From positions 6,874 through 70,873 of the forward strand of contig CAWJRI010000001.1 of NCBI GenBank assembly GCA_963845175.1: 64,000 bases of DNA, read 5' to 3'. The notes beneath the pieces were generated by a model. The model saw only the letters and a program-made list of their open reading frames with translations. It was not told the origin of the DNA and made no database searches. A program made the translations under genes and the position numbers. Origin of the DNA: an uncultured archaeon. GTDB lineage: Archaea; Nanobdellota; Nanobdellia; Woesearchaeales; CAIVOO01. Of the stretch, positions 9,270 to 18,931 are shown piece by piece (within the stretch, counting starts at the first letter, position 1; every line of letters starts with the position of its first letter).

Positions 9270-9887
9270 TTATTTCATTTCTTTTTTGACTTTGTTTCCT
9301 AATTTGTGCGCCAGCTGAAGCGGTTCAGGCAGCTTGTGCGGCGGCCTGATGCAGTTCTTGACAATCTCAACGCTTGTTTTCAGGGAAATCTTGTGCCCGG
9401 GCGAAACAACTATCGGGTTTGATTTTTCCTTTGCTGAAATCATCGCACCCTTTACTTTTTTGTCTATGACAACCTTGTAATTTTCAATCTCCCCCACAAT
9501 TAATTTATTCGCAATGCCGATTGTCGCCTGGTCCAAAACCAATCCTGCGTGCGAGGCAATGCCCAGGCCGCGCGGATGCGTTACTCCATGCCCGCCCACA
9601 ATCAAAACATCCGGCTTTACATTTAATTTATTGTAGGCTTCGACAATCGCAGGCAGTTCGCGGTAGGCCCTGAAGCCGGGGACATATTTCAGCTTTGACT
9701 CTGTGACAGCGTATTGTTCCTCAATTATATTCATTGTTCTGTAATCGCAGACAACAATCGCAGAGATAATTTTGCTGTCTGTGAATGCCTGGTCAACTCC
9801 GCCAATAGTCTCTAGCTTTTCAAAAGAATCCTTCAGAATTACTTTCCTAGCTAGCTCTGTCTGCTCTTTCTGTAATTTGTTCAACAT
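9270..9887 (-). CDS. nfi: endonuclease V
   Basis: Motifs GGVDQAF, YVPGFRAYRELP and VGGHGVTHPRGLGIASHAGL match Nfi family signatures. Confidence 0.85.
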   Translation of the reverse strand: MLNKLQKEQTELARKVILKDSFEKLETIGGVDQAFTDSKIISAIVVCDYRTMNIIEEQYAVTESKLKYVPGFRAYRELPAIVEAYNKLNVKPDVLIVGGHGVTHPRGLGIASHAGLVLDQATIGIANKLIVGEIENYKVVIDKKVKGAMISAKEKSNPIVVSPGHKISLKTSVEIVKNCIRPPHKLPEPLQLAHKLGNKVKKEMK

Positions 9888-10191
9888 TTTGAGTGTCTCT
9901 CATGTCAGTATGCAGCTTTTCCAGCTGCAGCTGCGGCCGCTCCGCGATGTCGTAGTCAAAGCCGACAGCAAAAAGCCTTCTGTGAGGCGGGCGCATGGAG
10001 TGGCGCTTGTTAAACCCCTCCACAATCTTGTCGAGGTTCTTAAAATCCTCATATGTTCCCGGGGAAATCAGGGTTAGCTGCGACGATGGGCCGTAGGCGT
10101 CAACAATGCCCTGCGGCGCGTACTTCCTTATCACATCCATTGTGTCTGAAAATATGTTGAATCTGTCCTCGTCTATTATGTCCAGCGGCAT
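9847..10191 (-). CDS. hypothetical protein (intact paralog of the 10.6-10.95 kb relic)
   Basis: 114-aa ORF. MPLDIIDEDRFNIF...GPSSQLTLISPGTYEDF...IVEGFNKRH aligns with LPLNVLENPSNYGIF...GPEFQITSIFPDTWVET...IVEDFNTKY. Confidence 0.45.
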   Translation of the reverse strand: MPLDIIDEDRFNIFSDTMDVIRKYAPQGIVDAYGPSSQLTLISPGTYEDFKNLDKIVEGFNKRHSMRPPHRRLFAVGFDYDIAERPQLQLEKLHTDMRDTQNVEQITERADRAS

Positions 10192-10203
10192 TCCGTTCTC
10201 GGG

Positions 10204-10947
10204 TTATTTCGAAAAATACCATTGTAACAGCCGACTCCAGAGATTTTTCAAGAAGCGTGTCGAGAAAAGGTGATTTGCATAAGCCAGTGACTGCCTGTTT
10301 TCCAAGTAAAGCGACTGCATGTATTTTCTTTTATTGGCCCTCCTCCAGGCATCAACTGCAAGGAACAGTCTGTATTCGTGATTCCATATGCCTCGATTTT
10401 GTGCATCTCTTTTTCCTCTCGGCAAAAGCGCCCAGGCGGACATTTTCAGCCATTTCAGCTGAGTTGAGATATTCCTTCAGATGGTAAATGCATCCCATCG
10501 CTTCGGAGGGTGCAACTTCTTTATTTTCGCGCACCCTGTAAAGTGTTTCCTTCTCAAAAACAGTCCTGCATGTCGGGCACTGCGCGTATTCTCAACTTCT
10601 TTTTTCATCTCTTCCCCACCATGTTTTCCCCGGGCATCATGCCGCGGCATTCCTGCAGCCCTTTGTAAAGTGCATCTATCAGTCCATAAGGGATTTCATC
10701 TGGCCTATGCACATGAATGATGCCGAGCCATTCTCACGTCCTCTGCCGGATATTTTGTATTGAAATCTTCAACTATCCTGCAGAGTTTTTGCTGCGTTTC
10801 CACCCAGGTGTCTGGGAATATACTTGTTATCTGGAATTCAGGTCCGAGCGTTTCTATAAAACCGCCCTTGTTGCGGAATCTTATTATATATTTTGCAGTA
10901 TGGAATATTCCATAATTACTTGGGTTCTCCAAAACATTTAGCGGCAG
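10204..10947 (-). pseudogene. Decayed gene pair: a paralog of 9847..10191 lacking its ATG, plus a CPTC zinc-ribbon-like gene broken by frameshifts
   Basis: At the position homologous to the Met there is CTG (10947-10945). ORF 10705..10932 continues in another frame (IHVHRPDEIPYGLIDALYKGL...). The downstream reading MKKEVE / EYAQCPTCRTVFEKE... / ...DAQNRGIWNHEYRLFLAVDAWRR needs two frame changes, one at an A5 run. Confidence 0.5.
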
Positions 10948-11007
10948 ATTTTTTTCTTGAGCTCAAGATAAAGAATGTTTATAGGCTTATTGCCATGCTT
11001 TCATATA

Positions 11008-11636
11008 TCATGACTTCCCTGGCAAGATGGTCATTGCAGTAATCTTTTTTTTTTTGAAGCAGTTGTCATCTTTACGAGCAAGTATTTTCAGAAAAATCAG
11101 CGGGTCTTTTCTGTCAGAATCCAGTTCACTGGCTGCGCTCATCCTCCTTATGGAATCTAATGACGAGAAAACAGGGCTATCTGCAATTTTCCTGTCTATG
11201 CTTTCCGCACTCGCTAATCTCTTTTCAAGGTTTTCTTCGCTCATTTTCTCTGTATATGCTGTATCCACATCAATCCTATCTTGTACATCGCCTTGTTAAA
11301 CTTGTCAGAGATTATGTACTGCTTCTTGTACATATCATAGTCGATCATGCCCATGCCCTTCATCGGCGTCAAAATCCTGTCGTAAAACTGCCTTTTGTTG
11401 TAGGAAACTTTCGTCTTTTCCTTTTTCCTGAACATGCCCTCGCCCTTCTCCACTTCAACAACAACGCCGTCATGGAGCTGGGTGGCGAAGACAGACATCT
11501 CTGTCTTGCCCATCATGCCTTCTGTTGATTTCATCTGGTCAACAAGCATCTTGGCTACAAGCGCCTGCTGCTCTGTGGCAAAAACCACATCAAAGACATT
11601 TTCAGGCATGTGAAACATGTCAAATAGTACTACCAT
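11008..11636 (-). CDS. Hypothetical protein. ORFs 11241..11636 and 11008..11268 may be one gene with a frameshift, or two overlapping genes.
   Basis: The frame of the second ORF is open from 11295 and overlaps the tail of the first. No motifs recognised. Confidence 0.35.
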
Positions 11637-11654
11637 GGTGGAATAATAAGAAAT

Positions 11655-11698
11655 CCACTACCAGTATATAAATGTTACGCTTTTGTATACTGGTGTGG
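11655..11698 (-). terminator. Inverted repeat (CCACTACCAGTATA / TATACTGGTGTGG) followed by a T-rich tract on the minus strand
   Basis: 13/14-nt arms at 11655-11668 and 11686-11698, located between the stop of 11757..12215 and the start of 11241..11636. Confidence 0.3.
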
Positions 11699-11756
11699 TA
11701 TTTGAGTTAATTTATATATAAATTATATATTAATATAAGAAAGCCAACCAATATAT

Positions 11757-12215
11757 TCATGGCAGCTTGGACTGCCAGGCGCATCTTGCAGGCGATTGGT
11801 AGTTCATGTTTCTGCCGGTTTCAATTTTTGAGATAATCTTCGTGTTATTTATAATCAGGCACACTTCATAATAACCATCTGACCCGGAAGCAGCCATGCC
11901 GCCCCTGATTTCCTGGAAATAGAATGGCTTCGGCTCTTTTGAATGGTCATCATTTTCAAAATAAGTGCCTGTCATTTCCCACTGCCCATAGGGCATATCC
12001 TGCAGGCATCTTACATTCTGCACATTTAATTCATCTGCAGTAATATTTGCATCATTGAAAATAAAATAAAGCGAATTTTCATAACATTCAATCTTATTTT
12101 CATCAAGTTTTATATAACTGGATTTTTGCGGCAGCAGATATTTTATTGAGATTGCAGCCAGAATAACGATTACGAGCACTCCGGCAACAACAAATAGTAT
12201 TTTTCTTTTTTTCAT
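11757..12215 (-). CDS. N-terminally membrane-anchored hypothetical protein
   Basis: MKKRKILFVVAGVLVIVILAAISI signal-anchor. 152 aa. Confidence 0.5.
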   Translation of the reverse strand: MKKRKILFVVAGVLVIVILAAISIKYLLPQKSSYIKLDENKIECYENSLYFIFNDANITADELNVQNVRCLQDMPYGQWEMTGTYFENDDHSKEPKPFYFQEIRGGMAASGSDGYYEVCLIINNTKIISKIETGRNMNYQSPARCAWQSKLP

Positions 12216-12276
12216 ATGTCAGTCTGTGTTTTCCCAGCCTCCAGCACAATATTATCAAGAAATCCAACAATCAAAA

Positions 12277-12540
12277 TTAACGCTTTGGTTTATACGCTGG
12301 CTTTTCTCTGCTGTATATTCCAATTCCACTTAAATTAGATACGCGTGATTCATATTCCTTTTTGAAGACTGCGTTAATTCGATTTATAGCGTACTCAACT
12401 CCACTAATAAATCCCCATCTGTCAGAATGTTCTCCATGTTGACTTTCTTTATTGCTCTGCGAAAATGCTTCTTTTTGCAGCTTAAGAACAACCTCGTCCA
12501 ACCTTTGTTTGTTTAAATCCGTTATTTTAACCCCCATCAT
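12277..12540 (-). CDS. hypothetical protein
   Basis: 87-aa ORF with no motif. Confidence 0.4.
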   Translation of the reverse strand: MMGVKITDLNKQRLDEVVLKLQKEAFSQSNKESQHGEHSDRWGFISGVEYAINRINAVFKKEYESRVSNLSGIGIYSREKPAYKPKR

Positions 12541-12655
12541 TATTATAACTCAATAGTGGTATATAATACTTTCGTTTTTTGCCAGCCTCTGCCAATTATA
12601 ATTAAAAACATATATAAATATGTTAATTTTTTAAAATTAAAAAGAGGCTGTTTCT

Positions 12656-13216
12656 TTGAAAATGGAAGAAAAAACACTGTGGGAACTGTTTAACCTGGCA
12701 GAGAAAAACCCTGACCAGGGCGGCGGGATTTTGTACTGCCTAAGGTACAATGCAGACCAGCTTAAAGAGCACCATAAAGCAGTTGTTTCAGCCCTGGAAG
12801 CGAATATTAAAATGGAGGATTATGGCGACAATGGAATTGGTGTTGTTCTAAAAAAGCAATTAACAGAATCTGAAACAGATAATGTGATGGTACTTCTTGA
12901 AGAGCTTTCTGTGCTGAATGAGGCGCAGGAATATATTGATGTAGGATTTGGCAAATATAAAAATCTGCAGGATTTGAAATATGGGCTTATGAGCAATTAT
13001 CTTTCTCTTCTTAATAACCGCGAACTGGCAGATGCCTATAATCTTGTTCAATCAGCAATCCCCCAACTAGTCAGGGATATTTTTGTTGCCCACAGGCAGA
13101 ATAATGTTCTGTCAGGCAAGGATAAAAGGACAATGGGGGAACTGGCTTCTTTTTCAAAAAATCATACAAGAATACTAAACAAGCCAGAAGGTTTTGTCCT
13201 GTTTGGCTCGAAATAA
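12656..13216 (+). CDS. hypothetical protein
   Basis: 186-aa ORF. The TTG start is 9 nt after AAGAGG; an alternative ATG lies at 12662. Confidence 0.45.
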   Translation: MKMEEKTLWELFNLAEKNPDQGGGILYCLRYNADQLKEHHKAVVSALEANIKMEDYGDNGIGVVLKKQLTESETDNVMVLLEELSVLNEAQEYIDVGFGKYKNLQDLKYGLMSNYLSLLNNRELADAYNLVQSAIPQLVRDIFVAHRQNNVLSGKDKRTMGELASFSKNHTRILNKPEGFVLFGSK

Positions 13217-13559
13217 GAAATTTATGCGACAAGACAAAAGAGAACGGGATTTGTATGAAAGAGTTCTGAAAGAACAAGTTAGTGCAGTCGTCCTCAAGCA
13301 ATGGCCATATAATTATCATTGCGGTGTTTGGGACAAACACAAACCAGATGAAAATGGCTGTCAATACTTTATTCGCTTAAACAAAACTAAAGGTGTTGAT
13401 TGCATGAAGGTTACACTAATTCATGAACTTGTGCATATTTGTGATGATCTGGAAGGAATTGAAAGGTCAAATATAGCTACTGAAGATAAAGCATTGGCAT
13501 TCTGTGATAAAAACAGAAGATTTGTTGATTATCTTTGGGTAAAATATGCAAGTAATTAG
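13194..13559 (+). CDS. small putative zinc metallopeptidase (HExxH)
   Basis: VTLIHELVHICDD contains an HExxH motif. The gene overlaps the upstream gene by 23 nt. Confidence 0.4.
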   Translation: MSCLARNKKFMRQDKRERDLYERVLKEQVSAVVLKQWPYNYHCGVWDKHKPDENGCQYFIRLNKTKGVDCMKVTLIHELVHICDDLEGIERSNIATEDKALAFCDKNRRFVDYLWVKYASN

Positions 13560-13583
13560 CCCGCCAGCCAGGATTTATTGCAG

Positions 13584-14303
13584 TTAATGATTTTCAACAA
13601 TGACTGATTCGCATGTGTGATTTTTACAGGAGGAGTTAAAATACTCATTGTCATTTGCACATTTATCTGTTACGCATTCATCTTCAATCATTGGAACAAA
13701 ATCCCAGATTAGGTAATGCTTGGCATTTATTGAAGTTCTGCAGCCGGAGTCGCAGTCTGCACTGCTGCTTACCGGGCATTTGCCAGATGGGTCGCAAACA
13801 CCTCCTGATTCCAATGTGCAATCATCATCTGTATTGCAGGTTTTCAAATCGCTGATGCTGTTGATTACGGTGCTTCTTTTAACATCAAAATCATAGCCAA
13901 TTGCATTCCATTGAGAAAGTTCTGGACCATTCTTTTTTATAAAATTCACAATCTTATTGTCTTCAAAACAGACAAAGTAACTCGGTTCTTGGGATCCGCT
14001 GTAAAAACAATTTTTTGTGCCATATCCAAATGAACCGGCAATTTTCATTCTTTTTAAGGCATTGGCAATGTCTTTTAATTCCTGAGCCCCAATTTCCCGT
14101 GTTGTGTTTTGCACGTGTCCGCCTCCGCTGGACGCATCTGAATCATATTCATTTATTTCATATCCCGAATTAACATCCACCTTGCCCAAAAAGGCAGAAA
14201 GCGATTTTGATTCAGGCTTGTTTTGAGACTGACAGGACAACAAAACCAACCCTGCGAGAATTATCAAGATAAAAATTGTAAGCGACTGATATTTCTTGTT
14301 CAT
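13584..14303 (-). CDS. Secreted Cys-rich lipobox protein. 100 more codons are open in-frame upstream, to 14603.
   Basis: The internal Met at 14303 begins MNKKYQSLTIFILIILAGLVLLSC, a signal peptide plus lipobox-like Cys. The C-terminal region is Cys/Asp-rich. The ORF track gives 13584..14603. Confidence 0.5.
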   Translation of the reverse strand: MNKKYQSLTIFILIILAGLVLLSCQSQNKPESKSLSAFLGKVDVNSGYEINEYDSDASSGGGHVQNTTREIGAQELKDIANALKRMKIAGSFGYGTKNCFYSGSQEPSYFVCFEDNKIVNFIKKNGPELSQWNAIGYDFDVKRSTVINSISDLKTCNTDDDCTLESGGVCDPSGKCPVSSSADCDSGCRTSINAKHYLIWDFVPMIEDECVTDKCANDNEYFNSSCKNHTCESVIVENH

Positions 14304-14604
14304 GGCATTAATCAGTGTCTGGCTCCTTAAAAACATTTCTACTCCAAAAGCCCGCCAGCCAATTGAAACTAATTCGTTTTTCCCAGCCTCCAGCACAATA
14401 TTGTCAAGAAACTCCTTCTGGCGCAGTAATTTTTCACAGCAGCCAGGCATTGTTTTCTTAATATTCTGTTTCAGCAGCACTCTGTAGCGGACCTGAATAT
14501 ATGTCCAGGATTCGTGATGCGCAAGCAAAAGTTCCTTTGCCCTCTCAAGATTCCCCTGCTCAAAGGCAATCTGATACTCCTCTGCAACCTTTAGATAGCC
14601 CATC

Positions 14605-16469
14605 TTAGCTGAAGAAGTTTCTTATCTCACTTATATAATTTTTGCTTACAGTGTATTCTGTGTCAGAGGGCAGGCACTGCTTGTAAAATGGCGTTGCATA
14701 TCTTTTGTCCAGCAGAATCAGAACACCCTTGTCTGTCTCGCTTCGTATGCATCTTCCTGTTGCCTGCACAGCTTTATTAATTGCAGGAAAGAAATATCCG
14801 TAATATTTTCCGATGCTTCCGAACTTCTCCTCATAATACTTGATGAGCTCTCTTAGCTCGAGATCAGGCGGATTCAGCGGGATGCCCACCACAACAACGC
14901 ATTTCAGAATCCTGGCATATCAATGCCCTCGCCGAAGCTTCCTGAGAAGACATTCAATAAAACCGCTTCCTTATAGCTGGTGAACTTCTCAAGGAAATTC
15001 TTCTTCTCCTCCTTTCCCATTTTCGTTTCCCTGAATGTTGTTTTCCTGCAGATTTTTGAGAAATAATTGTCAACATCATCCCTGAACCTATAGCTCGGGA
15101 AATAAAACGCAGAATGACCTGGCACTGTGTTTGCGATTTCAGCGCAGATTTTTGCAATGTTCTGGTACATCGCAGGGCTTCTCTCAGCCTGAAGCGATGT
15201 TGTCAGCGGAATTATCAGGTTTAATTTATTTTTTTCAGGGAAAGGATTTTCAAACTCCTCTTCCTCGCATTTCTCAAGCCCGAGCAAATCCTTGTACATT
15301 GCAGTCGGCCTTAGCGTCCCGCTCATGACAATTGTTGAATATGCTTTTTCAAAGACAGGCGCTGTTACAATCGAGGCATCCAGGCATTTGTATAACAAAG
15401 TCAGCACAGGCTTGTTTTTTATCCTTCTGCTGCCTACGATTCTCGTAAACCCGTCGTCAGGCCCTCTCCAGGATTCCAGGAATTTTGAGATTCCGCCGAT
15501 GAATGAGCGCTTCTGCCTCAGCCTGACTGTATCTGCAATCAATTCAAGGTCAGCAACTATCTTGTCATAATCATTTATCTTGTTCACTTTGCTGACGAAA
15601 TCATCTTTTTCAACCAGCACTTCGTATATGTTTTGTTCAGGCTCAAGCTCCAGGCTTAGGTCCTCGAGCACTTTCTTTATTCCGCCAAGGAGTTCAGCTG
15701 TCTCGTCAAAGTTGTATTTTTTCGCCTCCGTAATTGCCCTGTCAATTGTGATGCTTGTGAGTCTTTCGGAGACAAGCTCCCGCATCCTGTCAGAAAGATT
15801 GTGCCCCTCGTCAATCACAAGGATGCATTTCTCAAGCTCGATGCCCGCTCTTTTGAAAAAGGAGTTTCTTATGTTTTCATTGAACACATAGTTATAATCA
15901 GAAACAATGACAGAAGAATCTTTTGCAAGGTTAATCGCCAGCTCATAGGGGCAGACCTTGCTCTGCCTGCAGACCTCTATTATTTTCTCTGTGTGGCACG
16001 GGCTGAAGAATTTTATGTCAGACAGCACTTTCCTTGCCTGCACACTCAAACTGTTCCCGTTTTTTGAATTCTCGTAGAATTCGCAGCTTCCGCCCTCCCT
16101 CAGCGACTTGCAGTACTCGGCGAACTCAAATGAATGAAGACCCTCGACAGCAGGCTGGAGGCACATGCCCCTTTTCCCTATTATGTCAGCTGTGATGAAC
16201 TTTGTCCCGTACTTTTCCTTGATCAGATTCAGCGTGTCAATGGCAATCAGGTGCTGGGTGTGCCTCGATGTGAGGAAAAAAACCTTCAGGTCTTTGTCGA
16301 GCGCATACTTCAGCACAGGCGAAAGCACAGCAGATGTTTTTCCCAGACCGGTCGGCGCATGGACAATGAGATTTTTCCTTTCAACAAGGGTTTTTACAAC
16401 TGCCTCAATCAACTTGTCCTGCTTTTCCCTGACTTTTTCATGCGGAAAAAGAAATTCTTCTGCCTTCAT
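14605..16469 (-). pseudogene. xpd: XPD/Rad3-family 5'-3' DNA helicase with a single frame break
   Basis: Walker A HAPTGLGKTS, a DEGH box (VIDEGHNL), and a Cys-containing insert where the XPD 4Fe-4S cluster domain would lie. The 521-aa ORF ends ...FGEGIDMPGF*. The next frame is open from 14919 and reads ILKCVVVVGIPLNPPD...GRCIRSETDKG (helicase motifs V/VI). Confidence 0.8.
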
Positions 16470-16597
16470 CAGCAGAAAAAATAGAAAGACTTATAAAAAG
16501 CTTTGTATATTCTATAATATATATATAGAAAACTATAAATATTTAAAAATGACTACCATTAACTATAGGTTGTAAGACACATTTGGGGGTTTTATCA

Positions 16598-16864
16598 ATG
16601 GACAAAAAGATTTTCAATGTTTTTTTTAGGGAAAAACCATCACAGATGCTCATAAATTTGAAAAATTGCAAGTCAGGCGCTTACGCTTCTTCGCTTGCAA
16701 AATCCGTCGACTGCACCTACAGCCACGTCGTCAAGATCCTGCAGATGATGGAGAAATCAAAGCTTGTTAATTTCGAGAAGCAGGGAAGGCTGAAGCTTCT
16801 TACATTGACAAGGAGCGGGCAGGACATTGCAGAAAAAATGGAGTCAATTAAAGGTCTTTTGTAA
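16598..16864 (+). CDS. winged-helix transcriptional regulator (ArsR/MarR-like)
   Basis: YASSLAKSVDCTYSHVVKILQMMEKSKLVNFEKQGRLKLLTLT. ATG at 16598 follows a GGGGG Shine-Dalgarno-like element; the ORF track starts at TTG 16583. Confidence 0.6.
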   Translation: MDKKIFNVFFREKPSQMLINLKNCKSGAYASSLAKSVDCTYSHVVKILQMMEKSKLVNFEKQGRLKLLTLTRSGQDIAEKMESIKGLL

Positions 16865-18230
16865 ACTTCTTCATAACTTCTTCGGCAATCTTGATGAAAT
16901 TCTCTTCGTTATCCTTTGAAATTATCGCGCCGGCTGCAAGCTTGTGGCCGCCTGCCTCACCGCCTGCCTTTGCAGTTATCTCGCTGACTATGTCCCTCAG
17001 GTCCATGCTTGTGTCGCTGACAACCCTCAGAGAAACTTTTGTGAAATCAGCGCTTCTTGCCATTGTCATTATCAGCGTGCCTTTCTCATAATTGCCTGAT
17101 TTTGAGAGAATTGAGCCGAGCGTTCCCGCAATTGTAGAAAGTATGTTGCTTTCTGCATTTATTATCATGTATTTTTTGCCTTTGATAAACGAATTAGTAT
17201 TCCCGTTGAACCATGCCAGCGCGCCTGTTATCTCCTTCTTGTAATTCGAAAGGTTTTCAACCGCCTTCCGCTTTAATTTCTCGTCGCCGAGGCAGGCGCC
17301 TATGCCGAGCGAGGCTTTCTGTAGCCTTCCGCAGGCGTTCAGTATCGTCGAGAACTCCCTCACATCCTTGAATGCGCCTTTTTCCCTGACAAGCAGGTAG
17401 TTGTTTGCAAAGATGTCCTCTGGCTTTTCCTCATTCATTCTTTTGATTATTATTCCCGACGCCAGCTTTTTCTTCTCAGCATCTGTCAAATCGCAGAGCT
17501 TCCTGAATTCATAGCCGTTCCTGTGCGGAATGCCGAGCTCCTGGAGAAACTCAATTGTCCTGAATTCGTCGCCGTAAATCTCGGGTATCTTCGGCTCGCA
17601 GTACTGCAGAAGCTTGTGTATGGGCTTTGAATAGGTGCCGAAAAACTTGAAGCCCCTCTTCACTTCTATCAAATCGCGGTCGATTGCCGTCTGCAGGATT
17701 TCGTCGTTCAGCCTTTGAAATCCGTTGTCCTCCTGGACATCGCCGATTGCGCCGACAATTGCGATGTGCGCCAGGTCAATGTTTTTAGGATCAAGCTCCT
17801 TCGCAAACAAATAAACAATTCCTGAGCCGGAGATTTCCCTTCCGCCGTCTATGTCATGAACATTTGGATTAACATGAACAACATCCGGGTTTTTTGTCTC
17901 CCCCTCTATCCCGTGGTGGTCGAATATGAAAATATTCTTGCCCTTTAATTTTTCAGCGATTGTCTTCAATCTTCCTGAGCCGATGTCAACGAAGAAATAA
18001 TTCTTATGTTTTTCCTTTGCAAACGAATCAATTATCTCGGTTGTAAGCTGGGGGACAATTGAGATGGAGTAGCGCATGTTCTCTGAATTTAAAACTTTCA
18101 CGAGAATCGAGCAGGCAGCTATTCCGTCTGCATCCAGGTGGGCGATGACTCTTGCAGGTTCATTTTTCTCAATCTGCCTGAACCTGGCTACAGCTTCCTT
18201 TACACTGTCCTTGAATTTTTGATATTTCAA
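16848..18230 (-). CDS. recJ: DHH/DHHA1 phosphoesterase, archaeal RecJ/GAN (Cdc45-like) nuclease
   Basis: DHH motifs HLDADGIAAC, VDIGSG and IFDHH, plus the DHHA1 motif GGHKLAAGA. It lies next to the uS15 gene. Confidence 0.75.
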   Translation of the reverse strand: MKYQKFKDSVKEAVARFRQIEKNEPARVIAHLDADGIAACSILVKVLNSENMRYSISIVPQLTTEIIDSFAKEKHKNYFFVDIGSGRLKTIAEKLKGKNIFIFDHHGIEGETKNPDVVHVNPNVHDIDGGREISGSGIVYLFAKELDPKNIDLAHIAIVGAIGDVQEDNGFQRLNDEILQTAIDRDLIEVKRGFKFFGTYSKPIHKLLQYCEPKIPEIYGDEFRTIEFLQELGIPHRNGYEFRKLCDLTDAEKKKLASGIIIKRMNEEKPEDIFANNYLLVREKGAFKDVREFSTILNACGRLQKASLGIGACLGDEKLKRKAVENLSNYKKEITGALAWFNGNTNSFIKGKKYMIINAESNILSTIAGTLGSILSKSGNYEKGTLIMTMARSADFTKVSLRVVSDTSMDLRDIVSEITAKAGGEAGGHKLAAGAIISKDNEENFIKIAEEVMKKFTKDL

Positions 18231-18244
18231 TATGAGTTATGAGT

Positions 18245-18700
18245 TTATTCGAGGTAAAACCTTGCCTGCGATGAATCATAGACCCAGTCCTTTGGCAAAA
18301 CCTTTGACTTTTTGTAGTATTTTACCAATCTCCTGATTTTTGATTCAGTCAGGTGCAGCCCCCTTATTGCTGCCTTGTCTGCCTTGTTTGATTCAAGATG
18401 CTTTTTGACTGCGATGCTTTTCTTGATTAAATAGGAGATGTCTTCGGGAAGCTTCTTTGTCAGTTTCTTTTCCTTCAGTATCTGCGTTATTGTGACCCCT
18501 GTTATTAATTTGACATCAGGGATTCCGTACCTGTCCCTCAGGTGAAGCCCAATCTGGGATGCTGTAAATCCCTCTTTTGCGAGCTTTGCAATTAGAAGCT
18601 CAATCTCATTTTTTTTGTATCCAAGCCATGTTGGGGTTGTCTTCTGCGCAGGCTTTGTGCTTCCTGCCTTCCCCTTTGCTCCAGAATGCATTCGTGACAT
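18245..18700 (-). CDS. rps15: 30S ribosomal protein uS15 (archaeal S15P / S13e type)
   Basis: MSRMHSGAKGKAGS..., LRDRYGIPDVK and ESKIRRLVKYYK. GGGAGG Shine-Dalgarno element upstream. Confidence 0.9.
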   Translation of the reverse strand: MSRMHSGAKGKAGSTKPAQKTTPTWLGYKKNEIELLIAKLAKEGFTASQIGLHLRDRYGIPDVKLITGVTITQILKEKKLTKKLPEDISYLIKKSIAVKKHLESNKADKAAIRGLHLTESKIRRLVKYYKKSKVLPKDWVYDSSQARFYLE

Positions 18701-18788
18701 TTTTATCCTCCCGGCATAAGCGAGCCTTAACCAGCTTATCCTGCATATAACTAGAAAGGAGGTGGTTTATAAAGGTTGCTGTCAAAAC

Positions 18789-18812
18789 CTTTCTCTAGAA
18801 GAGAAAGCTTTT
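18789..18812. terminator. Symmetric hairpin CTTTCTCT-AGA-AGAGAAAG flanked by T-runs on both strands
   Basis: 8-bp perfect stem (18789-18796 / 18800-18807), about 125 nt downstream of the Nudix gene stop. Confidence 0.4.
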
Positions 18813-18931
18813 GATAGGAAAGAGACTATTTTACAAGTGTCATAATAGTTAAGCGCGTAGCCGCGCGCATTCTAACTGAAAACGTGTTCTGGAACGGGGA
18901 TGAAAAATATAAAACTATTCTATTGAGAAAA

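Noticed and set aside
18701-18931. A possible small RNA (C/D-box or other) in the 231-bp spacer upstream of the uS15 gene. It includes a GC hairpin (GCGCG-TAGC-CGCGC) near 18852-18865 and an AAGGAGGTG element.
   Set aside because: I found no proper C (RUGAUGA) and D (CUGA) box pair at the right spacing. The hairpins are short, and the ORF following the SD-like element is only about 29 codons. The evidence is insufficient.
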